Shown: positions 12,001-19,303 of the stretch, in pieces
How the letters are laid out: each line of letters starts with the position of its first letter
How positions within the stretch are numbered: the stretch's first letter is position 1
Source of the DNA: a virus
Lineage: Duplodnaviria; Caudoviricetes
Reading direction: 5' to 3' (one strand)
Length of the DNA stretch: 64,000 nt
Virus record (IMG/VR): IMGVR_UViG_3300020419_001132
Notes under the pieces: generated by a model
Told to the model about the DNA's origin: nothing
Database searches by the model: none
What the model saw: the letters and a program-made list of their open reading frames with translations, nothing else
Translations under genes and position numbers: made by a program

Positions 12001-12825
12001 TGCTTGTGCATCTGCATCAACGTCAGTAATAGCATATGCTTTATTTGCCTCTGTATACAAGTATAATCTTGTAGCTGAAACATATCTTATGTAGTAAGTT
12101 GTTCCAGATGTAAGTCCTGTTGGATTTGTATCTTCTGCAGAGAATTTTATAGCTAGGCCGTTAGCACCAGATTCTAATCCGTGTCCACCTGACACTAATC
12201 CTTGTGCTACACTATAATGAGAAGTAATTTCTAAAGCATTATCCACATAGGAATTTATAGTCCATGTATAATGTAATTTACCTGTTGGTTCGTCTGCAAC
12301 TCTTAACGGAAGTCCAGATGTAATATATCTTTGATCAGCATATCCTTTTGTAATAACTAAATCGTCAACAGTAATATTTGAAACACCGTCATGTGCGGCA
12401 TTTACAGCATCTGCTACTACTGTGCTGATTCCTGGATTAGCAATACCAAATCCTGCGGCGTTTAACGGTCCACCTAGTGTAGGAGATAAGTCATCTGATA
12501 CTTTTGTAAATGCACTACTTATAATTAACTTGCCTGGCACAGCATAGCTAAACGTAATTGTGTCTGTTGCTCCACCACCTAGTGCGGCGTTACTGGCTAA
12601 TGTTGCCAGTGTAAGTTGTGTTCCTGCATTGTTTACTAATGCTACTGTGTCAGGAGTAAGTGTATCTGGTGTATCACTTAATGTGCTAAAATTAATTTGT
12701 CCTCCTACACCAAAAACTGCGTATAGTTCAGTAAAGTTTTCATTTACTTTCTTAAAGGATTCTCTAATACTATCACCAGTACCGTCGTTACCCTCAACAC
12801 CTATGTTAATTCCTTGTTTTGCCAT
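3067..12825 (-). CDS. Giant (3252 aa) baseplate/tail-fibre protein
   Basis: gp9/gp10-like N-terminus; three FCCH-like beta repeats; TYPR/HTF repeats; C-terminal peptidase G2/IMC-like autocleavage domain (ADLAENY...VVGVVSEHPAHLMN...ALQGRVPCKV). Confidence 0.8.
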   Translation of the reverse strand: MAKQGINIGVEGNDGTGDSIRESFKKVNENFTELYAVFGVGGQINFSTLSDTPDTLTPDTVALVNNAGTQLTLATLASNAALGGGATDTITFSYAVPGKLIISSAFTKVSDDLSPTLGGPLNAAGFGIANPGISTVVADAVNAAHDGVSNITVDDLVITKGYADQRYITSGLPLRVADEPTGKLHYTWTINSYVDNALEITSHYSVAQGLVSGGHGLESGANGLAIKFSAEDTNPTGLTSGTTYYIRYVSATRLYLYTEANKAYAITDVDADAQAFKINVSGTIAADDTHTITDADLDNTLSGNFLDSVGLPRKSVTRRQGDTMTGALYLHDHPGELAGQGQPAGIEDMQAATKFYVDNTSYSSPEVLHVSSGGDDSMAGVPAGKEGTSFTYAFKTINAAAQRADILMRSAPVSPGSYMQKITHTQGTAEARVIRADVVSPVFLQARNLTEKNRRYIIAEVQAFLKYTYPDFAYDIALCERDVGLIADSIALDINRGLNTNYLVRQAAERYYSSVSGRIAITSQLTQTLASINFAKELHLATLQNNLLQQQNISAITRANPGRVTTSANHGWADKNIVLLKNVGGMTEIEGQKKYIKKISDDTFELYNDAALTLPYDTSAFTGFTSGGIAGLIYQVDEAQYFDDGLVNLATATKTYPVRITTSASHFVESNDTITINSVGGMTNLNGNSYTARRVDASTLDLYSTAFNQKTISGATQANPVRITTLEAHSLSNGNAIAITEVNGMTQLNQTKFYVSVANSTQFDLYTDVGLTSSVDGTAYGAWTSGGFVTSNAVDGTGFATYTSGGTLTKATDADTSAVTAISDKWELIKTIINNGIDAGADIVYGSTYKIILTNGSSSYVDQTNPNNTDLLPGKVVRGRRSEALGQIVSFTNDVSAESGIDPVTGLAEPNPTMIEVHLLSPKDFEAEEDIEFGNFVKDKQVTIRVETGIYEEDYPIKLSNNVSLKGDEFRRVIIKPKTEKDSRQARVSQSKWAQTYFYRDNEFDGLQVAKGGTPFLNQEGTEQGKFGFHYLYRPEKPINVGSAITNVGNYTTAAAVMKANRDYIIEETIQLIADRFPLLVYSEAKCRRDTGMIVDALIKDLTNGGQEGALETQGSYHELGYTELLTQLGDSTQETATEDAIQNISLLANSLLSGVAPTYTDSIAQFTPVAGDNIGTDTPTGATYNGNTGDMVLTMNNHNLVVDDLITIATNGIAFTCTQDGNTAVKTYPRTTDPVYNRFIRVSAADTNTITVNVGASNLADVYPHTFDSGGTTADCVTKYRMPTKYNSSTGDLQVNIGSHNLKVGQTVKVDNNGLSFICNSDDFNVTRSYPQIRSFTPTTGTTYNPSSGVLNLRLFTPEEFTPTGATYEPTTGDMEINIGSHTFSVGDYVMIDDNGITFTCTLAPGNHTYPRPSDPASNKALPIMAIGGTTIKVNVGPSAEGQQYAHTFITAATNCVKKAHSLKINEKIRIAANSLTFSCTYGSGGTETYPRATGTGVNSGTADPAFGTELPITAVTNSDVQVNVLAVTPSTNIDTHTFVSATAGSVTTQDPAYQTQRTITATTGTTFTINVGSSPTGNQYTHTFKSATSNAIDYGGTYTAGQASVLSKETPDISLGAAEAGTGTLVGNLIDNICYVFNVEYNPPLRNDELDVFMMGDQTIIRNVTCRGHGGFMCVLDPEGQVLVKSPYIQTASSFSQTLNKQAFRGGMYVDAYVGNLPTTVLTKVNNFKITVQSDVGEGLRLRPPQLPCPFYVEGRRYQVNAISDYDKGQGTATLYLDANSNSGTGYDQTQFDDSSVSRDIFLQTAGNRSILGNDFTQVNDLGYGLVTNNGALSEMVSMFTYYCHAAYYANNGSEIRSLNGSNGYGKFGLIAEGADPNEIPDQVTLTHDMVMPIKAYVDGTYQNALDDPSITVYDFKRPPTAQSLITIDHGGATGTLDYVVASVTNLSDADGDGILGEGSDLIISGALTVGSASGTLTADPSAPYTITGAATTTLTGSGSGMKLDISVTGGLPGTPSATYTVTTKGQGYAVGDQIKVLGTAFGGTNASPTNDITLQIASIVGSTNTATHNNLIYKLDLKADDVEADNFYGTLQAIVSNNTVIEYRDRFQHQFDNVNSPAELVTRPSTAINFDESDGATYRSISFQNTDAFSQPLGSNKILSTFEAGYDFVQMEVATSHLTGGYGSTQGDTRIAISPLIAGTAGTVIIKTTGNISLTAGETLTQTGSTGSGTVVNTVSTSDLIVLSGVTGTYNKTGILQGSTSGGLGASSIPTTITINSGTDTFSDTARIVKDSSVQPARVPGDAGYAGGMRFLWKAKTHRVLDYNTVAELKTTGSVSIVKDETLTQATSGATAKVAKSATGTTHYLYDVVGTFDTTNTITASGSGALGANSVPTQAITDNVWAFIDIGEVAGSNIDTAGYSGGGVHEVVPASTRTLTAGAAQGATGEITVSISLLRATGHDFTQIGTGGFNDSNYPNVILGDPVNTLAEFYTDANTATSSQVWERRKGRVFFVSTDQNGFFRVGKFFSVDQATGDITFAGEIGLSNANALGFKKGVTINEFSADDSFADDSGQAVPTEKAIGNYINRALGFNIKSGAQIPGSSNRIGPGFLPLNGLSDMEGNLDMGSNLVQNVSNPASGTDATNKNYVDDNTESYNRIDNQRDFDTTSPGANEMLVATGNKILYTGPPTVGSGFVAGDVINNTLSGGSDTGTIVTISSYTDSQLGSVRKIIYSATSGTFSNGQTLTNGVSQHVIFSSNGVGYNEYTHVSKATGSDVALVVNKTATVNEYSLNYETGSIENADINAGAAIAQSKLNMTAAGTIASASGISQSDLGLAAFKADEFDATNGFIELQTATGTTDGIDPGKITHIGTDRVLGRSVAGDGAVSAITFDTVLDEGGAIRDSEFPAYSSGTDVLLRTAASTYSAKSLSDASTGDTVVLRKTAGTGIKAGAIQAEALILGGDATYEVLGLSSTTLQVKTPGQATILEASGTSSITVSMPGNLDIGETGFTGAESNFQTASSFGSNSFLGVDWIYSSFIEAPGEKDASGTGISIGAGTGFADSAADTILFVTGGSVRLKTNSTATEITGNLVPDGNNTRSLGGGSLKWNTVYASTFSGTATSAQYADLAENYLADNEYECGTVLVLGGEQEVTTTIYKGDRKVVGVVSEHPAHLMNSDLQGDHVVAVALQGRVPCKVLGKVQKGDIIVTSAIEGHGIVDNNPVVGTVIGKAIGTKDDDGYGVVEVLVGRV

Positions 12826-12836
12826 CTATTGCTCCG

Positions 12837-13187
12837 TTATGCAGGTATCTCTAATTTGTCCATATCAAAATTTACACTAACGCCACACCCACATGAGCTT
12901 TTTGCGTTAGGATTTCTAATTTCAAAGTTAGACCCAAATATTTGTTTTACATAGTCTATTTCTGTCCCAAATAAGAACATCATACTTTGTTGTCCTATTA
13001 CAAGATTGCCATTTCCTGTATTAATAAGTTCGTCTCCTGGGTCTGCTTTTTCTGCAAAATCCCACTCGTATTCGAATCCTGCACATCCACCGCCTTTCAT
13101 ATTTAGGCTAACTGCAAATGCGTCTTTTTCTATGCATAATTCGTTGATTTTGTGTTTTGCGTTCTCTGTAAGTGTTAAAATTGACAT
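12837..13187 (-). CDS. iscA: A-type Fe-S cluster carrier (IscA/SufA/HesB family)
   Basis: LTLTENA, GGGCAGFEY and NPNAKSSCGCGVS motifs with three conserved Cys. Confidence 0.93.
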   Translation of the reverse strand: MSILTLTENAKHKINELCIEKDAFAVSLNMKGGGCAGFEYEWDFAEKADPGDELINTGNGNLVIGQQSMMFLFGTEIDYVKQIFGSNFEIRNPNAKSSCGCGVSVNFDMDKLEIPA

Positions 13188-13205
13188 TCAAACCCCTTTG
13201 CTAGT

Positions 13206-13214
13206 GTATTTATA
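13206..13214 (-). promoter_or_regulatory. T4-type late promoter (TATAAATAC) for iscA and the tail operon
   Basis: TATAAATA on the minus strand, upstream of SD-like AAGGGG and ATG 13187; divergent from the plus-strand box at 13236. Confidence 0.65.
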
Positions 13215-13235
13215 TAGAATTTTATAATCTTAATG

Positions 13236-13241
13236 TAAATA
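13236..13241 (+). promoter_or_regulatory. Late promoter TAAATA, predicted leaderless start
   Basis: TAAATA-TAGTT-ATG(13247), no SD. Confidence 0.6.
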
Positions 13242-13246
13242 TAGTT

Positions 13247-13534
13247 ATGTTTATAAATGAATATACAAAGGAGTTTAGATATTCACGCAAATCTAAACTA
13301 GGCACCGATCATCCTTATTTTAGGCAGAAAACAATAGTGGTTTTACGTTGTGATAACTGTAATAATCAGTTTGAAAGGGCTAGAGGTAGTATGAATCCTA
13401 ATAGGATTAATAATAACTTCTTTCATGTATGTTCAGAATGTGATGCAAAAGTTTTTGCACAAAGAAAAGGAATAGAAAAGAAGCAGATATGGAATTTACC
13501 TGCTTCTAGTGATTTAGATATTTCTAAGTTGTGA
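13247..13534 (+). CDS. Small putative Zn-binding protein
   Basis: 95 aa with CDNC and CSEC pairs; own TAAATA box; fills the gap between minus-strand genes. Confidence 0.7.
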   Translation: MFINEYTKEFRYSRKSKLGTDHPYFRQKTIVVLRCDNCNNQFERARGSMNPNRINNNFFHVCSECDAKVFAQRKGIEKKQIWNLPASSDLDISKL

Positions 13535-13796
13535 CATATGTTGCATCTTTATAGCAACATGCATGATCTGAAGGATTATCTAATGAATGTTTGGCCGCAG
13601 TAAATACTGATTCCATCCAGTCTTCTCTCTCGTAAGGACTTACAGTATCTTTTAGTGATATCTTTACATTAGTGTCATTATCAGTAATCCAAACGTCCCA
13701 TAAAGAATGTACGTTGTCTCCTACAGTTCTTTTGTTAACACTTTCTTGTATTAAAACTGTATACTTACCAATTATTTGTACTCCAGATTTGTACAT
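13524..13796 (-). CDS. Hypothetical protein
   Basis: ORF track 13524..13829; start moved to ATG 13796 (MYKSGVQ) after SD-like AAGGGA. Confidence 0.6.
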   Translation of the reverse strand: MYKSGVQIIGKYTVLIQESVNKRTVGDNVHSLWDVWITDNDTNVKISLKDTVSPYEREDWMESVFTAAKHSLDNPSDHACCYKDATYVTT

Positions 13797-13804
13797 TTTA
13801 TCCC

Positions 13805-13969
13805 TTATTCCGATTTCCAGATAGTCCATGCGCCGTATGCAATAGCAACACCTGCCGCTATTTTAGCTAATGGAGCCATGAATAAGACTAGTAAACCTAA
13901 AATAATGCAAACTGCACCATCCCAAGTAGTACGTTCTTTTCTTCTAGTTTCAATCCATTTTTTAATCAT
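13805..13969 (-). CDS. Small membrane protein (54 aa)
   Basis: Manual: MIKKWIETRRKERTTWDGAVCIILGLLVLFMAPLAKIAAGVAIAYGAWTIWKSE; SD GGAGG; hydrophobic hairpin. Confidence 0.7.
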   Translation of the reverse strand: MIKKWIETRRKERTTWDGAVCIILGLLVLFMAPLAKIAAGVAIAYGAWTIWKSE

Positions 13970-14076
13970 TTTTTACCTCCTTTAAGACAGACTGTTGGCA
14001 TAGGATTAATAATTCTTTTTATTCCTTCCCATACTTTTTTTAATATATATGATATTGTTTCTGTCAAGGTTATCAT
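13966..14076 (-). CDS. Small ORF (36 aa)
   Basis: MITLTETISYILKKVWEGIKRIINPMPTVCLKGGKK; TAAATA 4 nt upstream; ATGA overlap with the next gene. Confidence 0.45.
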   Translation of the reverse strand: MITLTETISYILKKVWEGIKRIINPMPTVCLKGGKK

Positions 14077-14080
14077 ACAA

Positions 14081-14086
14081 TATTTA
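14081..14086 (-). promoter_or_regulatory. Late promoter TAAATA, predicted leaderless start
   Basis: TAAATA-TTGT-ATG(14076). Confidence 0.5.
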
Positions 14087-14371
14087 TATAATAAAAAGCT
14101 GGATAAAAGCCCAACTATTCATTACTGTAAACCAGCTCGTTAACACAATAGCACTACTTCTTCTAATATAACAACTAACGACAGCTAATGTGCTTCCAAT
14201 TAAATACAGGGGAATAAAAAGGTGCGTAGCTGGATCTAGTATTGTGGCACTTAGAATCGCACTTCCTGCAATTAAAACTATTGCTTCAGTTACCTCGCAG
14301 TAAAATGCAACTTTACTGCGTTGATAACTTTCTCTAAAATAATCAAAAATTTTGTTGTATAGCTCTTTCAT
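14084..14371 (-). CDS. Small multi-TM membrane protein
   Basis: 95 aa, three hydrophobic segments, SD AGGA. Confidence 0.7.
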   Translation of the reverse strand: MKELYNKIFDYFRESYQRSKVAFYCEVTEAIVLIAGSAILSATILDPATHLFIPLYLIGSTLAVVSCYIRRSSAIVLTSWFTVMNSWAFIQLFII

Positions 14372-15365
14372 ACAATTCCTTACTAGCTAAGTTTTTAGCT
14401 TTACTCTCAACCATAATGTCTGCATGTTGCCAAAATGACAATGCCCAATCGTTAACGGCTGTATTCCACATATAATCACTATGTGCTCTAAGTTTTTGTT
14501 TCTTGTAACCATTCTCTAACAAATGCTCCATATTAGGCAAATGATCTACTGAATGTGTATCTATGTAATCTTCTCTAGAAACAGAATAGTGTATTACAGG
14601 TCTCACGCCACGCCAGCTATCTATTATGCGAGAAAATCTATCGTCGGTTGGCTGTATATATTCACCTGTTTTGACCCAGTGATGGTGTATGTCGAGGACC
14701 AATGCGAGCTTGTGGCCGAGCTGAAGGCTAGCTTCGATGCCCCACGAGTTTTCGTCGTTTTCGATCGTAATTGTATTTCTCGCCTCTTGAGATAATCTTG
14801 GGTAAGCGTCGATGATACCGGCTGGACCTTGGCGACCGGAGATGTGTACGTTGATCTTAAAATCTTGGAATTGCTTGCCGTATCCAAGCCACCTTGCGAC
14901 ATCCACATGATATTCAAACTCCTCTATACTTCTATTTACTATATCTGGGTTATCACTAGCAAGGACAGTGAACTGACCAGGGTGCATACTAAGGCGTACA
15001 TCAAGATTCCTAGCCAACTCGCCGACTGGTGCCAAAGACCGTTCACAATATTCACGTACATCAGGTAACCGCCAGAAGTAGCACCAAGTAGGCTCAGTGT
15101 AAACAGGTAGTACATCGGAGCCAAGTCTAACCATTCGTAATTCATTTTGTAATCCTCCTACGTATGTAATAAGATTTTTGTAAGACTCTATGTTGTGGAC
15201 CATTATATTCCACAGTCGTTCTTCTGCAACTTCTTTTGTTTGTCTATTCAACCAAGCTACAGTTGTAGAACGTGTGTTCAACGGACGTTGAAGTTCTTCA
15301 AGAAGTTTCTTCTTCTGTGTTTGATCTTGATGCATGTATTTACATGCAAAGCCTATACGTTTCAT
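14343..15365 (-). CDS. uvsE: UV damage endonuclease UvsE/UvdE
   Basis: RIGFAC, RLSMHPGQFTVLAS, ENDE, LVLDIHHH and LRAHSDY motifs. Confidence 0.95.
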   Translation of the reverse strand: MKRIGFACKYMHQDQTQKKKLLEELQRPLNTRSTTVAWLNRQTKEVAEERLWNIMVHNIESYKNLITYVGGLQNELRMVRLGSDVLPVYTEPTWCYFWRLPDVREYCERSLAPVGELARNLDVRLSMHPGQFTVLASDNPDIVNRSIEEFEYHVDVARWLGYGKQFQDFKINVHISGRQGPAGIIDAYPRLSQEARNTITIENDENSWGIEASLQLGHKLALVLDIHHHWVKTGEYIQPTDDRFSRIIDSWRGVRPVIHYSVSREDYIDTHSVDHLPNMEHLLENGYKKQKLRAHSDYMWNTAVNDWALSFWQHADIMVESKAKNLASKELYERAIQQNF

Positions 15366-15371
15366 TGTTTA

Positions 15372-15400
15372 AGTATACTATATTTTATGCCATCTGTCAA
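15372..15400 (-). promoter_or_regulatory. Sigma70-type promoter for uvsE
   Basis: TTGACA-17 nt-TATACT, 6 nt before the ATG, so uvsE is also predicted leaderless. Confidence 0.75.
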
Positions 15401-16217
15401 CTATAAATGGGTCTTCGCAGTTATGAGGATTTGGATCTCCGTGAAATGCAACTATACAACATTCTGGTGGAGCATGAGCATCTTGTTCTATTGTTGCAAG
15501 TTTTCTATTTCCCCTATGTCCTCCAGGAGCATATGCCCTGTCATTCCTTACTTCCCACTTCCAGCTTCTAATCCAATCATCGGGCCAGTAAGTTGCTTGT
15601 CCTTGTGTTTCATTCCAGAGATAATCTTGGTCTCCAAAGTTTTGCCCCATAATAGTATGTGAATCTCTTTTAAACTTCACCCACAAGTGATCTAACGATC
15701 CTTTTTCAAACCTTATCAAACTGCTATTATACTTTTCCCAACCAGGCCTCATAGAACGTGTAAAGTCTCTTAGAACACAATACTGTTTTGGATAAAATGT
15801 AAATAGTTTGTCCATGTTATCACAAACAACCATATCCAAGTCTACATATAATATAGTACCATCTATTGGTAAATCTTTGCTAAAAATATAAGGCTTATAC
15901 CACCAACCTGCAACCTTGTCCATTCCTCTTGGTAAATCTATAATTTTTATTTCTCTATCTAATCCTACTGCATTTTCTGTGATACAGTAGAAGTTAAAAG
16001 GTAACGTTAAATTGTTCGTTACCATTTTGAACATCTTGTTTACATATTCAGGTCCATACTTAGTTCCGTGTTTTAGAACAAGTATGTTATTCTTTTTTAA
16101 TTCGGGATCGCTCTTAAGAAATTTTCTTGCAAGTTTCGCAAGTTTATTTTCACGTTTTTGTTTTCTAATTTCACGTATTTCTTGTTTTGTATATAGAGAT
16201 TTGTCTAACTTCGCCAC
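15378..16217 (-). CDS. GT-A fold glycosyltransferase (GT8-like) with basic N-terminal extension
   Basis: LKHGTKYGPEYVN, LYVDLDMVV (DxD), NSS, GDQDYL and FHGDPNPH motifs. Confidence 0.8.
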   Translation of the reverse strand: MAKLDKSLYTKQEIREIRKQKRENKLAKLARKFLKSDPELKKNNILVLKHGTKYGPEYVNKMFKMVTNNLTLPFNFYCITENAVGLDREIKIIDLPRGMDKVAGWWYKPYIFSKDLPIDGTILYVDLDMVVCDNMDKLFTFYPKQYCVLRDFTRSMRPGWEKYNSSLIRFEKGSLDHLWVKFKRDSHTIMGQNFGDQDYLWNETQGQATYWPDDWIRSWKWEVRNDRAYAPGGHRGNRKLATIEQDAHAPPECCIVAFHGDPNPHNCEDPFIVDRWHKI

Positions 16218-16232
16218 ATGATTAATCCTTGG

Positions 16233-16547
16233 TTATTTTACATATCCTGTTGGTTGCTTTTTTAGTTTCCTTACTAGCATTGGTAAGTATACACCTATTG
16301 CAACAGTTCCCCAATATAAACCTAATAGCACAGAATACAATTTCCAATTTTCAAAATCTAAATAATAACCTAGTGCAATAAAACCAATCCATGTCCAGTC
16401 TGTAAATCCATGTATACGTTTTATCTTTTCCCGGCCAAATCTATCATGCAGTTGTTTTCTTTTTTGTGCAAACCAAGGACTAACATGACGCATTATCACA
16501 AAGCCTTCGTTGAAAAACATTATGGTAAATCCTACCCAAAACATCAT
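16233..16547 (-). CDS. Membrane protein
   Basis: Start moved to ATG 16547, overlapping the queD stop; three TM segments. Confidence 0.7.
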   Translation of the reverse strand: MMFWVGFTIMFFNEGFVIMRHVSPWFAQKRKQLHDRFGREKIKRIHGFTDWTWIGFIALGYYLDFENWKLYSVLLGLYWGTVAIGVYLPMLVRKLKKQPTGYVK

Positions 16548-16996
16548 TAATTCTCGTATATAGCTGAGTTGGCACCGTGTTCTGCACACTCTACTTTTAC
16601 ACAATAACAACGGTTGTCTGTCGCTTCACGTATCAGTTTATCTGCAAATCGCCATGCATGTTCTGCAAACTTTTCTGCACCTACTCCATCAAACTCTCTT
16701 ACTTCACATAAGTCTTTGTCTTGTAGGTCATAAAAGTCTTGCTTGTGTGGATCATTAATATCGACACACGTTTTATGATCAAATGAATCTTCTAACCAAG
16801 CCTTCAAAGGCTTCAAGCCTCCAAAGTCTACGGCCCAGTTTTTGTTGTCTAGTTCATTACAACCAAACGTAAATTTAAATTGTAAACTGTATCCATGTAA
16901 TAAATGACAGTGAGAATGATCAGCATTAGGTTGTCTAAATACTGCACTTAAACCTATGTTATGTCCATAAGTTTTTGTAGAATAATATTTCGGCAT
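16547..16996 (-). CDS. queD: 6-carboxytetrahydropterin synthase (QueD/PTPS)
   Basis: HSHCHLLHGY, VDFGGLK, FDHK and C-terminal AEHGANSA motifs. Confidence 0.9.
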   Translation of the reverse strand: MPKYYSTKTYGHNIGLSAVFRQPNADHSHCHLLHGYSLQFKFTFGCNELDNKNWAVDFGGLKPLKAWLEDSFDHKTCVDINDPHKQDFYDLQDKDLCEVREFDGVGAEKFAEHAWRFADKLIREATDNRCYCVKVECAEHGANSAIYEN

Positions 16997-17023
16997 AGTA
17001 ACTCCTTTATTAGTATGATTATA

Positions 17024-17596
17024 TTATAAAACGTCTAGATTGTCAAGAAAAACATTAGGGTATTTCCAAGAATCTGGCAAAATCCATTGTCTATTTTGAT
17101 ATACAGTAAACTTATTTAAAGGAAAGTACTCAAATACCTTACTAATCTGGTGTATCCAATAGCTTGGATCAACAGCATGTTTATCTGAATTGTCATAATG
17201 TGTAGTGCTTTTGTAAACGTTGTTTACTGTACCTGTTGTGCTGAAAAGATCAAATCCTATCAATTTTACTTTTTTTGATAAAGTAGCGGCAAGTAAAACT
17301 GCATAAGGTCCACTACCCCATTGGAAGGGTTCATCCTTTCTTTCTTCTGGTTGGTATGGAACTGTAGGTACAAGCTCTACATTTTTGTGTGCAGAAAACT
17401 GTCCTATCCAATCTTTCCTTGTGTATATTGTGTTTGTGAATTTACTTTCTAATGCTTCCTGCACCATACGTCTATCCACACATACCAAATGATCAACTTC
17501 GTAATCCCTACGGATAGCATTACAACCTATTTTACAAATATCAATTTTGTCTAAGTCAATTTGAAGTCGACTTTCACCATTTCCAATTACAAGCAT
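17024..17596 (-). CDS. MAF_flag10/MptE- or sialyltransferase-like protein
   Basis: LVIGNGESR...IGCNAIRRD...LVCVD, WGSGPYA and LIGFDL motifs. Confidence 0.55.
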   Translation of the reverse strand: MLVIGNGESRLQIDLDKIDICKIGCNAIRRDYEVDHLVCVDRRMVQEALESKFTNTIYTRKDWIGQFSAHKNVELVPTVPYQPEERKDEPFQWGSGPYAVLLAATLSKKVKLIGFDLFSTTGTVNNVYKSTTHYDNSDKHAVDPSYWIHQISKVFEYFPLNKFTVYQNRQWILPDSWKYPNVFLDNLDVL

Positions 17597-17600
17597 AGTG

Positions 17601-17606
17601 TATTTA
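17601..17606 (-). promoter_or_regulatory. Late promoter TAAATA, predicted leaderless start
   Basis: TAAATA-CACT-ATG(17596). Confidence 0.6.
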
Positions 17607-17897
17607 ATTCTCAGCTAGTGCTTTTCTTAATGCTCTATCTAATTCCTCATCCACTTGTTGCATTTCTTGTTCTACAGTACTAACTTTAGGTTTAAGTTTA
17701 TTTCTAATATCGCTTATATCTTCTTTTGGCTGTACTTTTGTTACAGGTGCATTACTTACTACATTTTTTATTACTGTTTCTTCGTATCCTACTCTATCCT
17801 TTAGCATTTCAAGTCGTGCTTTTATGTTTAGGCACTTAGTTTCACTATCAGATAGAAACTGAAATTCATTACTTAATGTTTCTAGTCGATCTAGCAC
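17604..17897 (-). CDS. Hypothetical coiled-coil protein
   Basis: ORF track 17604..17933; probable GTG start 17897 after AGGAAAG. Confidence 0.55.
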   Translation of the reverse strand: MLDRLETLSNEFQFLSDSETKCLNIKARLEMLKDRVGYEETVIKNVVSNAPVTKVQPKEDISDIRNKLKPKVSTVEQEMQQVDEELDRALRKALAEN

Positions 17898-18198
17898 TTT
17901 TCTTTCCTGGAGGTAGATGTTGTCGCAGTTCAACTCTTACGTCAGATAGTTCATCTGCTATCTCTTCGTACCTTTTTAAGTTTCTATCAAACATCCCCAT
18001 TAAATGTCTTATAGTATCCATGGCCCACCACCACCAACCTATAGCAAAGGTTGATAATATAGTCAACGTAGTACATATCAGTATATTTGCCCATGAATCT
18101 AACCCTATTGTTATTATAAGCAATGAAGCCATAAGATATACCATAGGTACTATTCGAGCAAGCCATTGCCATGTAGTTATTTCTTTATTTTTGTTCAA
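17869..18198 (-). CDS. Two-TM membrane protein
   Basis: Probable TTG start overlapping the upstream TGA; two TM helices followed by a coiled coil. Confidence 0.6.
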   Translation of the reverse strand: MNKNKEITTWQWLARIVPMVYLMASLLIITIGLDSWANILICTTLTILSTFAIGWWWWAMDTIRHLMGMFDRNLKRYEEIADELSDVRVELRQHLPPGKKSARSTRNIK

Positions 18199-19292
18199 GC
18201 CTGGATTAATCCGAAAGATTTCCATTCGCCGGGAGATCCCGGTCTTGTACATATCCAACCAACGTAACCACTTGGTTTTGGATCGTTGTTCCATATTACA
18301 TCTCCTTTCACATAGGAGCCTGTTGTTGGAGAGCCTGGCCCGACTTCAAATTTCTTATTTTGAATTCTTACTGGACCTGCTGTTGTAATATCAACATCAT
18401 TTGAAAAGTTCTTTACACCAACTCCTAGCTTACCGTCAATAGTTGTTTTGCTATTTAAGGATATTTCTCCACTGGCACCAATTTCTATTCTGGCCTTGTC
18501 ATCAGTGATTATTTCTAAACTACTGGTTGTCCAAGTGCCCACTTTAAACTTTTTATCAATTGTGTCGTCTATTACAAATTCGTGATCTATACTTTTTAAA
18601 CTAAGCATAGCATTTGGACTATCAGTCCCTATACCTAGCCTTTGAGAATCGCTATCCCAAAATATAAAGTGATCTATATTAATATTGCCTTCTGTATTTA
18701 GATCTTGCACAGTACCTAATTTTTTTAGACTACTGTTTACTACAGAACTTCCAAGAGTAGTAAGTGTCATTACAGGTATTTTATCTATCCTGTATACCTT
18801 TTCTCTGTCTAAATCGATATCCTCACTACTCCATAGTCTGTTTGTTTCTTCTTGGAAAACAAATTGTTTAGTGTAATCTTTTCCTGACCACATTAAACCT
18901 TTACCGTGTAGTGAATCATTTTCAGCCTTAAATTCTAATGAAGAAGTTCTTTCATTTCTAACATCAGCTGTTACTTCATCAACCTGCAACTTTGTTGCAT
19001 GGACTAATCCGTGTACTGTAAGATCTCCTTGTACTGTTACTGGTTTTGTTAAGATATTAGTATGTATCTTATCAACAGTTATACCGTCATTATGAATAGT
19101 TAATTTAGTACTCTTTGCTTCATCTGTTACACCAACTGATTTGAAGTTGGTAATCATTCCGCCGTTGATCTTATTACCGCTTAATTCACGGTCAAGTATC
19201 GCAGGAGTAGGAGCAGGACTACTTGCTAATTCATCTACTGCACTAGCAAGTGAATCTAAACCGGATTTTATTGTTTTGATATCGATGTTCAT
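18195..19292 (-). CDS. Virion structural/tail-associated protein
   Basis: Beta-rich; LGIGT repeats; C-terminal GDVIWNNDPKPSGYVGWICT...GEWKSFG motif of tailspike-type C-termini. Confidence 0.65.
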   Translation of the reverse strand: MNIDIKTIKSGLDSLASAVDELASSPAPTPAILDRELSGNKINGGMITNFKSVGVTDEAKSTKLTIHNDGITVDKIHTNILTKPVTVQGDLTVHGLVHATKLQVDEVTADVRNERTSSLEFKAENDSLHGKGLMWSGKDYTKQFVFQEETNRLWSSEDIDLDREKVYRIDKIPVMTLTTLGSSVVNSSLKKLGTVQDLNTEGNINIDHFIFWDSDSQRLGIGTDSPNAMLSLKSIDHEFVIDDTIDKKFKVGTWTTSSLEIITDDKARIEIGASGEISLNSKTTIDGKLGVGVKNFSNDVDITTAGPVRIQNKKFEVGPGSPTTGSYVKGDVIWNNDPKPSGYVGWICTRPGSPGEWKSFGLIQA

Positions 19293-19297
19293 GCAAG

Positions 19298-19303
19298 TAT
19301 TTA
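19298..19303 (-). promoter_or_regulatory. Late promoter TAAATA, predicted leaderless start
   Basis: TAAATA-CTTGC-ATG(19292). Confidence 0.6.

Noticed and set aside
624-12880. Many plus-strand ORF-track entries antisense to the tail genes, and similar shadow ORFs throughout the window
   Set aside because: They lie opposite long motif-bearing genes, lack SD or promoter signals and have low-complexity antisense composition.
16547-16996. Complete 7-deazaguanine DNA modification system
   Set aside because: Only queD is present; folE, queE, queC and dpdA were not seen in this window.
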